DNA of 63,098 nt, the filler included, from Candidatus Tectimicrobiota bacterium (GTDB lineage: Bacteria; JACPSX01), in the NCBI GenBank assembly GCA_016193065.1. It is 6 parts of 6 records of this genome, joined end to end, with 100 filler letters (N's around TTAATTAATTAA, not from the genome) between each part and the next. Parts side by side here need not be neighbours in the genome. Positions count along the whole stretch, not along the records: positions 55,746 to 63,098 come from JACPSX010000057.1; 5 more parts are not named here. One strand, 5' to 3'. Positions 56,712-63,098 of the stretch are shown here, piece by piece. The translations under genes and the position numbers were made by a program. A model generated the notes under the pieces. It did not search any database. It was not told the DNA's origin and was given only the letters and a program-made list of their open reading frames with translations. Position 1 is the first letter of the stretch. The number at the start of each line of letters is the position of its first letter.

Positions 56712-59051
56712 TCACTTTTCCTGGGGTGCCCCGGCGGAGATGATCCGCTGGGCGATGAACCCGGCGATCTCCTCGTGAACCTCCGGACAGTCGACCCCGA
56801 TGATCACATGCCGCGGTCGCTCGCTCCAGACCAGCTTTTTATCACGGATTCTCAACTGGTCATAGACGATCTGTGCGCTCTCTGGCTTCACGGTAGGGTC
56901 GCGCCGGGAGTGGAGGATCAGGGTGGGTTGTCTGACTTTGGGGATTTCGGTCTGGTAAAATTCCACCAGGCGGTTAAACTGAGCAATTGCCTTGGGAGAA
57001 AGGGTGGTGTAGTTCAGGTGGGGATTTTCAGGCTCTGAGTTTACCTGGCGGGTCACCATTCCCACCAGAGCCGCCAAGCGCAGCCAGGGATTTTGCATCT
57101 GAATGGGGGGGGAGACCGCAACCACCCCTTGAACCTTTTCTCCCTTTCTAGAGGCCAGGAGCAGGGCCAGGGCCGCTCCCGCCGAAAAGCCCGCCACGAA
57201 CACCCGGGAACAGAAATAGTGCAAACAGCTATAGCCCCAGAGTGTCGAATCGTACCAGTCTTCCCACAATCTCTCCTCCAGATCCGCCGGCGAGGTGCCG
57301 TGGCCGCGCAGCCGCACTCCGTACACCGTGTATCCCCGGGCATGAAGGTCCCGCCCCAGGGGTTTGGTTTCTTCGGGGGAAGCCGAAAACCCGTGGATCA
57401 GCAAAATTCCCGTTTCTCCTTCCCGTGTCCCGCGCCGGCCCCGGTAGAAGAAAGGGACTCCCAGACCGTGGGGTTTGGATTCAGCCAGACGGTCTGAGTG
57501 AGCCGCAGTGCTTTGCCACTCTTTCTCGTAGACCTGCAAATCTCCCGTGAAGAGGGCATCGGCCAGATCTGGCCCCGTGAATCTCCGGGGTGACTTGATT
57601 TGCCGGGCAACTGCCTCTGTTACCGTGGTAAGGGGCTGGACCTCGTTGGAGTAGACCTGCAGGATGTTTTCGAGACGCATCCGGCCGAAAGCCGGGGCCT
57701 GCCGGATCTTCTCTTCATTGAATCGAATCGTATCCTCTGTTTGCTCGATGAGACCGGCGTGCTCCAGGCGCTGCAGGAGGTGGGTGAATTTCGGCTGCCC
57801 GTCTTCCGTGAGAAGGGAGTAGAGCGCTGAGGGATCCAGGAGATCGGGGTGGAGATGAATGTCGGGCTCCTGGCAAACCGTTTCGGCAATTGCGTAGACG
57901 GTATGGCGGAGCTGGGAGACAGGCAATCCGGGAAGTCCCCGGGACACGACGGATTGCCGGATGGCTTCGCAGGTCAGATGGTCCAGATTCACGGTGGTCA
58001 GGGAGTAGATCTGCTTCATGTAGCGCTCGGTAATCTGGCGGGCCCGGGTCTTTATCCTGCGGTCGCTTTCCAGGAGCCATTTTTCCAGCAGGTGTCCGTA
58101 GGGGTGCAGGATCTTGCTGTTCTTCAACGCTTCAAAGAGTTTGATCAGAGGGGGGTGATACCCCGTATCGAACCGGCGCCGGTCGATCTGCTGAAAGCCC
58201 GCCTCGACGATCAGAGGGTCACCTACCCGGATATCAATCTCGATTCCGCCCAGGAGCATCGAGCCTTCCACGGCGATTTCCTCCAGCAGGCGCTCCCCTC
58301 CGTTTCGGGACAGAAAATCGTGCGGCAGCCGCTGGGCCAGTTGCTGGAAGATTTTCTCCGAGCCCCGCAGCGGGTAGTAGGTGACGTTGACCGGCAGGAG
58401 GCACGTGATCCGCCGGGTGATCGCGTTCAAGTCGTCATGGGTGCAGTGCTCGAGGCCCAGGCGCCGGCAGACGGTCTCGATCTCGCCCCGGTCTCGATCC
58501 ATGGCGCGGCGCAGGTTGTTCTTGTAGCGCTGCACCAGGAGGGCCAGTACGGCGGCTCCGGAGTGGGGCGGGCGCCGGATCCCGTCGTTATAAACCTGCA
58601 ATTTTCCCCGCTCCATGACCTTGCGGTCCTTGACCATGATCCCCTCGGGAAAGATGAGCCACCAGCCCCCTTGCAGGATATCCCGGGCGATCAGCTCATA
58701 TTTGCCCGGCGTGTTTGTGGGCACGGCCCCGATGCTTTTTAAATAGTCTCCAAAAAATCGGTTCTGGAAGAACGAGTAATGGGCCAGGCTCCTGAGCTTC
58801 ACCCGGGTCTGCCGGTAAAAAATGTAGGGGAGCAGGAAGGTCTCGAAGCGGGTGAAGTGGTTGGCGATGACGATTCCGCCCCCGGCCCAGACCTGGTCCG
58901 TCAGGTTATGGACCCGCACCGAGACCTTTAGATTCTTCAGGAGTTGGTCAAGGAAGAACCGGGTCAGCTTGTGGTTTCGCAGGTTGAAAGAGGGCAAGTC
59001 CGCAACAGGCTGCGGGGGGGAAGTGGAAATGGCGTCTTCCTCTTTCATCAT
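56712..59051 (-). CDS. PlsC-like acyltransferase fused to an alpha/beta hydrolase
   Basis: NHFTRFE and IFPEG at the N-terminus; LLIHGF, GHGT, GFSAG, DPTV and His at the C-terminus. Confidence 0.85.
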   Translation of the reverse strand: MMKEEDAISTSPPQPVADLPSFNLRNHKLTRFFLDQLLKNLKVSVRVHNLTDQVWAGGGIVIANHFTRFETFLLPYIFYRQTRVKLRSLAHYSFFQNRFFGDYLKSIGAVPTNTPGKYELIARDILQGGWWLIFPEGIMVKDRKVMERGKLQVYNDGIRRPPHSGAAVLALLVQRYKNNLRRAMDRDRGEIETVCRRLGLEHCTHDDLNAITRRITCLLPVNVTYYPLRGSEKIFQQLAQRLPHDFLSRNGGERLLEEIAVEGSMLLGGIEIDIRVGDPLIVEAGFQQIDRRRFDTGYHPPLIKLFEALKNSKILHPYGHLLEKWLLESDRRIKTRARQITERYMKQIYSLTTVNLDHLTCEAIRQSVVSRGLPGLPVSQLRHTVYAIAETVCQEPDIHLHPDLLDPSALYSLLTEDGQPKFTHLLQRLEHAGLIEQTEDTIRFNEEKIRQAPAFGRMRLENILQVYSNEVQPLTTVTEAVARQIKSPRRFTGPDLADALFTGDLQVYEKEWQSTAAHSDRLAESKPHGLGVPFFYRGRRGTREGETGILLIHGFSASPEETKPLGRDLHARGYTVYGVRLRGHGTSPADLEERLWEDWYDSTLWGYSCLHYFCSRVFVAGFSAGAALALLLASRKGEKVQGVVAVSPPIQMQNPWLRLAALVGMVTRQVNSEPENPHLNYTTLSPKAIAQFNRLVEFYQTEIPKVRQPTLILHSRRDPTVKPESAQIVYDQLRIRDKKLVWSERPRHVIIGVDCPEVHEEIAGFIAQRIISAGAPQEK

Positions 59052-59247
59052 CGTGATCGTCCGTGCTCCAGGCCCTTGCGCGTCTTCTCGGTTTCCCGTG
59101 CAGGGAGTCCCTGTTTACGGGAGAGAAGCTTTCTTCTTAAAGATGATAACGGCACCGCTGAGATTCCCTCGTCCCCTTTTTTACGTGAGCCCTGTTGACG
59201 CTACAATGAGCAGCGTAACATATCAACCGGTGAAGGATGAGAACCTT

Positions 59248-59297
59248 TTGACAAATCGGTAGAAATGACGTAAAGTCAAGTAATTCTATAGACATTA
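59248..59297 (+). promoter_or_regulatory. Promoter with an overlapping 27-bp AT-rich palindromic operator
   Basis: TTGACA-N17-TAAAGT; TAAAGTCAA-N9-TAGACATTA at 59271-59297. Confidence 0.65.
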
Positions 59298-59314
59298 TTC
59301 CATGTGGAGGCGTT

Positions 59315-59734
59315 ATGAGGATTTCCACGAAGGGGGAGTACGGACTCAAGGCGATGCTCGATCTTGCCCTTCATCATGACCGGGTTCCGATCCAGATCCG
59401 GGAAGTTGCCGAGCGCCAGGGAATCCCCCAGCGTTATCTGGAACAACTTCTCCTCAGGTTGCGTCAGGAAGGACTGGTGGTTAGCCAGCGAGGGGCTGCG
59501 GGGGGTTACGGTCTGTCGCGACCCCCAGGCCGGATCACGGTTGCCGAGATCATCGCAGCCCTGGAAGGCCCCATTCGCATTGTGACCCACAAAAAGGGGG
59601 GCAGCCGGGACGTGTTCAGCGCTCTATGGGAAGATGTCGAGGGCGCCATCGGCGACGTGCTCAGGATCTCTCTAGAGGACTTGATCGCTCGCAAGGCGAA
59701 ACTGGAGAGAGGAGCCATGGTCTACCACATCTAA
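59315..59734 (+). CDS. Rrf2-family regulator, CymR-like
   Basis: STKGEYGL, IPQRYLEQL, SQRGAAGGY, LEGP; no Cys; ends MVYHI. Confidence 0.9.
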   Translation: MRISTKGEYGLKAMLDLALHHDRVPIQIREVAERQGIPQRYLEQLLLRLRQEGLVVSQRGAAGGYGLSRPPGRITVAEIIAALEGPIRIVTHKKGGSRDVFSALWEDVEGAIGDVLRISLEDLIARKAKLERGAMVYHI

Positions 59735-59773
59735 GGGCTAAGAGTTTAGAGCTGAGAGCTAAGCGCTAAGCGC
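59731..59773. repeat. Heptamer tandem repeat between convergent genes
   Basis: CTAAGGG CTAAGAG TTTAGAG CTGAGAG CTAAGCG CTAAGCG. Confidence 0.65.
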
Positions 59774-59782
59774 AAAAACTTC

Positions 59783-60022
59783 CTATTCGATTACATCTCC
59801 CTCGATCGGGTCGACCCGGACGCCCCAGCTTCTCAGCGTGTCCACAGCCTTTTCGATCTCCCTGCTGTCGCCGCTGATCTCGAGGTCGGCCCAGCCTTCC
59901 TCGAGGGTGATGTTGGCCCGACGGATGTTGGTGACGATGTCAAAGGCGTGGCCGATTTCGTGGATAATCGGCCGTTTGACGATCTCAGGAGGAAATCGCA
60001 GGTGAACACGCAGGGTCGTCAC
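59783..60022 (-). CDS. Stand-alone NIL-domain protein
   Basis: LRFPPEIVKRPII..IGH.FDIVTNIRRANI...GW..LEISG; RBS GGAGG with GTG start. Confidence 0.85.
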   Translation of the reverse strand: MTTLRVHLRFPPEIVKRPIIHEIGHAFDIVTNIRRANITLEEGWADLEISGDSREIEKAVDTLRSWGVRVDPIEGDVIE

Positions 60023-60068
60023 TTTACCTCCTGTTCTGGCCTTCTCCGGGGCTGCAGCGGCCCGCGCT

Positions 60069-60353
60069 TTATGCCCGTTTCCCTCCGGCAATTGCCGGCA
60101 CGATCGAGATTTCATCCCCTTCCTTGACTTTCGTGCTCTCCCCCTGCAGGAAGCGGATGTCCTCGTCGTTGACGTAGATATTGATGAAACGGCGTAGGGT
60201 TCCCGACTCGTCGTAAAGTCTCTCGCGCACGCCCTTATACTGCTCCTCGAGGTTGGCGAGAACCTCTTTTACGTTGTTTCCCGAAGCGTTCACCTCACCG
60301 CGGTTGCCCGTCAGTTTTTGCAATGGCGTTGGAACTCGCACCAAAATGGGCAT
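60069..60353 (-). CDS. MoaD/ThiS/CysO-family ubiquitin-like sulfur carrier
   Basis: VRVPTPL, LRRFINIYVNDEDIRFLQG, IVPAIAGG-KRA. Confidence 0.92.
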   Translation of the reverse strand: MPILVRVPTPLQKLTGNRGEVNASGNNVKEVLANLEEQYKGVRERLYDESGTLRRFINIYVNDEDIRFLQGESTKVKEGDEISIVPAIAGGKRA

Positions 60354-60354
60354 A

Positions 60355-61593
60355 TTATTTACCCTCCTTTCCATTAAACAGATCCTGGAACGCGCTCAAG
60401 CGGGGATCTATGAGAATTGGAGAACCAACGTCGCCCATCACCGCTTCTTGAGTCTTCAACCCGTTGCCCGTAATGGCCAGGACAGTGACATCATCGGGTT
60501 GGATCCGACCCTGAGCGACAAGCTTGCGGGCAACACCGAGGGTCACTCCCCCTGCCGTCTCCGCGAAGATTCCTTCGGTCTGGGCCAGGAGCTTCATGCA
60601 TTCCACGATCTCATCGTCCGCGACGTCTTCTCCATAACCACCGCTTTCCTTGACCGTCTTGATACCGTAATAACCGTCCGCCGGGTTGCCGATGGCGATC
60701 GATTTGGCAATGGTATTCGGGATGACCGGCTTGATGAAGTCGCGATTTTCCTTAATCGCGGTCGTAACTGGAGCACAGCCGCTGGCCTGGGCAGCATGGA
60801 TTTTCGTCTTCACCTCGTCGATGAGACCCAGATGGGCGAATTCGTTAAAGGCCTTCCAGACCTTGGTGATGAGAGAACTTCCCGCCACGGGGATGACGAC
60901 GTGATCCGGGGCTTTCCACCCCAGTTGCTCGGCGATCTCGTAGCCGAACGTTTTGGAGCCGTCTCCGTAGAAGGGCCGGATCGTGATGTTTACGAAGGCC
61001 CAGGGGAAATTGGCGGCAATCTCGCTGCACAGGCGGTTCACTTCATCGTACACGCCCCGGATCCCGACCAGCGTGGTTCCGTAGATCAGCGTGCCGACGA
61101 CTTTGGTCATTTCAATGTCGGCGGGGATGAAGATGTAACTCTTGAGGCCGGCTTCAGCGGCGTGAGCGGCCACGGAATTGGCGAGATTCCCCGTGGAGGC
61201 ACAAGCCACCGTGTCGTAATTGAATTCTTTGGCTTTACTGACTGCCACCGCCACCACCCGGTCTTTGAAAGAAAGGGTCGGGTGGTTCACGCAGTCGTTT
61301 TTGATGTAGAGATTATTGAGGCCCATGACCTTGCCGAGGCGTTTCGCCTTGATGAGGGGGGTGAAACCGACCTGTAGCCCCACCGTGGGGTCCCCGTCTA
61401 GAGGAAGGAGAGGCTGATAGCGCCACATACTCCTGGGACCGCGGGCGATCGTCTCCCGGCTTAAAACCCGGCGGATCTGCTCGTAATCGTAGACAATTTC
61501 CAAGGGGCCAAAACAAAATTCGCAGACGTGCAGTGGCTCTTTCGGGTATTGCCGCCCGCACTCACGGCACTGAAGTCCCAGAACGTATCCCAT
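60355..61593 (-). CDS. thrC: Threonine synthase-like PLP enzyme
   Basis: N-terminal CRECG..CEFCFG, PTLSFKDR, ASTGN, TGNGLK. Confidence 0.88.
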   Translation of the reverse strand: MGYVLGLQCRECGRQYPKEPLHVCEFCFGPLEIVYDYEQIRRVLSRETIARGPRSMWRYQPLLPLDGDPTVGLQVGFTPLIKAKRLGKVMGLNNLYIKNDCVNHPTLSFKDRVVAVAVSKAKEFNYDTVACASTGNLANSVAAHAAEAGLKSYIFIPADIEMTKVVGTLIYGTTLVGIRGVYDEVNRLCSEIAANFPWAFVNITIRPFYGDGSKTFGYEIAEQLGWKAPDHVVIPVAGSSLITKVWKAFNEFAHLGLIDEVKTKIHAAQASGCAPVTTAIKENRDFIKPVIPNTIAKSIAIGNPADGYYGIKTVKESGGYGEDVADDEIVECMKLLAQTEGIFAETAGGVTLGVARKLVAQGRIQPDDVTVLAITGNGLKTQEAVMGDVGSPILIDPRLSAFQDLFNGKEGK

Positions 61594-61669
61594 GTCGTTT
61601 CATTCCTTAAAAAATCTCGGCCGGCTGCGGGCCGATCCTCGCGTTCTATGATACCAGCAAAGGCAAGAA

Positions 61670-61698
61670 ACGCTAGCATAACAAGGGTTTGTCGTCAA
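61670..61698 (-). promoter_or_regulatory. Sigma-70-like promoter of the thrC-like operon
   Basis: TTGACG-N17-TAGCGT with TG extension. Confidence 0.45.
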
Positions 61699-61723
61699 GT
61701 GCTAAAGGAGTGCTAAAGGAGAG

Positions 61724-61831
61724 CTTGTGCCGTTCCAACCGAATGCGCTGAATTTGAGCAGCATGCCTTTCCGCAAAGATTGCAACCGTAGGGAACGAAT
61801 CAGTTGGTACAAATAGTTGGAACGGTACTAG
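61724..61831. mobile_element. MITE of about 105 bp, copy 2
   Basis: CTTGTGCCGTTCCAAC...AGTTGGAACGGTACTAG; collinear with 19069-19175. Confidence 0.8.
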
Positions 61832-62751
61832 TCGAACAGGGCGGTGCTGAGATAGCGCGAGTTCGCGTCGGCAAACAGCGTGACCACCGTCTTGCCCGCG
61901 CCCAGGGAGCGCGCCACCTGCACGGCCGCGCAGCAAGCAGCCCCGGAGGAGATCCCGACCGCAACCCCCTCTTCCTGCGCGAGCTTGCGGGCCCAGGTGA
62001 AGGCTTCCTCATCGCTGACGGGGATCACCTCGTCGATGATGTCCCGGTTCAAGATCCGGGGGATGAACCCGGCGCCGATGCCCTGGATCTGGTGGGGTCC
62101 CGGCGCCTTGCCTGATAGCACCGCCGAGGTGGATGGTTCAACGGCCACAATTTTAATCTGGGGGTACGCCTTCTTGAAAACTTCCCCTAACCCGGTGATC
62201 GTGCCGCCCGTGCCAACGCCGACCACCAGAGCATCCACGGGCCGGCCCTGCATGCTCTCGATGATCTCCGGACCCGTCGTGCGGCGGTGCACTTCCGGGT
62301 TGGCCGGGTTATTAAACTGCTGGGGCATGTAGTAGTCCGGGTGCAGCGCCACGAGGGCTTCCGCCTTTTCCACAGCTCCCTGCATCCCCCAGTCCGCCGG
62401 GGTTAGAATCACTTCCGTGCCGTAGGCCTCCAGGAGTTTTTGGCGCTCGTAGCTCATCCCCTGGCAGAGCACCACGATCACCCGATAGTTCCTGGCGGCC
62501 CCGATCATGGCGAGTCCCAGGCCGGTATTGCCGCTGGTGGGCTCGATGATCGTTGCCCCTGGTTGCAAGAGCCCCTGCCGCTCCGCCTCGTCAATCATGG
62601 CCAAGGCGATGCGGTCTTTCACGCTGCCCCCAGGGTTAAAAAACTCCATTTTTGCAAGGAGATCGGCGGAATCGGCCGGAAGGATCCGGCGGATTTTCAG
62701 GAGAGGAGTACCGCCCACCAGCTTCTCAACGCTATCCGCATAGGAACCCAT
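61828..62751 (-). CDS. cysK: Cysteine synthase A
   Basis: NPGGSVKDRIA, EPTSGNTG, QQFNNPAN, GTGGT, HQIQGIGAGF, GISSGA. Confidence 0.95.
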   Translation of the reverse strand: MGSYADSVEKLVGGTPLLKIRRILPADSADLLAKMEFFNPGGSVKDRIALAMIDEAERQGLLQPGATIIEPTSGNTGLGLAMIGAARNYRVIVVLCQGMSYERQKLLEAYGTEVILTPADWGMQGAVEKAEALVALHPDYYMPQQFNNPANPEVHRRTTGPEIIESMQGRPVDALVVGVGTGGTITGLGEVFKKAYPQIKIVAVEPSTSAVLSGKAPGPHQIQGIGAGFIPRILNRDIIDEVIPVSDEEAFTWARKLAQEEGVAVGISSGAACCAAVQVARSLGAGKTVVTLFADANSRYLSTALFD

Positions 62752-62864
62752 GCTGACTCCTTCCGATTCCGGCCTTCCGTACCCTCGGCTTGGCCTGGCG
62801 ATTTTTGCAGGCGAGGAGAAACCATAACGTAAATGGGCCTGTGCTGTCAATGTTCCTTGACACC

Positions 62865-63060
62865 TTGCCTACCCCCAGTTTGCCTAAGGAACAATTGCTA
62901 TCCCCATCGGCTCCTCGGGTGCCCACACCCAGGACGGGTACCCGGCTCACGAAGCGCTTGCGATGAGACATTTGCCGGCCGAATCGAGAGGGATTTGCCT
63001 CGCAACCGCTTAGATCGCCTGCGGGGGCAACCCCTCGGAGGAGAGAGTACCAAGGGGACT
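62865..63060. repeat. Family A repeat with a GGGTACCC insert
   Basis: GGCTCACGAAGCGCTTGCGA...TCGCAACCGCTTAGATCGCC..GGGGCAACCCCTCGGA; insert ACACCCAGGACGGGTACCC. Confidence 0.85.
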
Positions 63061-63098
63061 GTCCTTCCTGCCCTGAGCGCAACTGCCGGGAGCAGCGG

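Noticed and set aside
61699-61720. GTGCTAAAGGA tandem resembling CIRCE half-sites
   Set aside because: These are direct repeats without the TTAGCACTC left arm, and no chaperone gene is adjacent; probably a small duplication at the MITE edge.

Overview
The window is six separate contigs (1-5502, 5603-9967, 10068-41001, 41102-50183, 50284-55645, 55746-63098) joined by 100-nt N linkers carrying TTAATTAATTAA, so adjacency across linkers means nothing. The DNA is from a GC-rich diderm bacterium, probably a draft or metagenome assembly; I cannot fix the taxonomy from the sequence alone. Core genes are rplM-rpsI-argC-argJ, rpsB-tsf-pyrH-frr-uppS-cdsA-dxr-pgpA-cinA-thpR-recA-recX-pilD, glgA, a class A PBP, ccmAB/ccdA and tRNA-Val(CAC). 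Highlights: (1) a tusA-dsrE2-beta-propeller lipoprotein operon whose DsrE2 has an in-frame UGA at the position of the conserved Cys, followed by a SECIS-like hairpin (candidate selenoprotein missed by the ORF track); (2) a duplicated envelope-protein module, each copy with a consensus sigma-54 promoter and paired TGTAA-N3-TTACA sites, one next to an NtrC-type two-component system; (3) a cysK / thrC-like / sulfur carrier with masked GG / NIL / CymR-like sulfur locus; (4) three degenerate integron attC-like sites; (5) a tRNA-Ala(CGC) att remnant; (6) many non-autonomous palindromic repeats that nest in each other, sit at stop codons and occur in frame inside two proteins; (7) an unusual PilP fusion. 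No CRISPR array or rRNA was seen.
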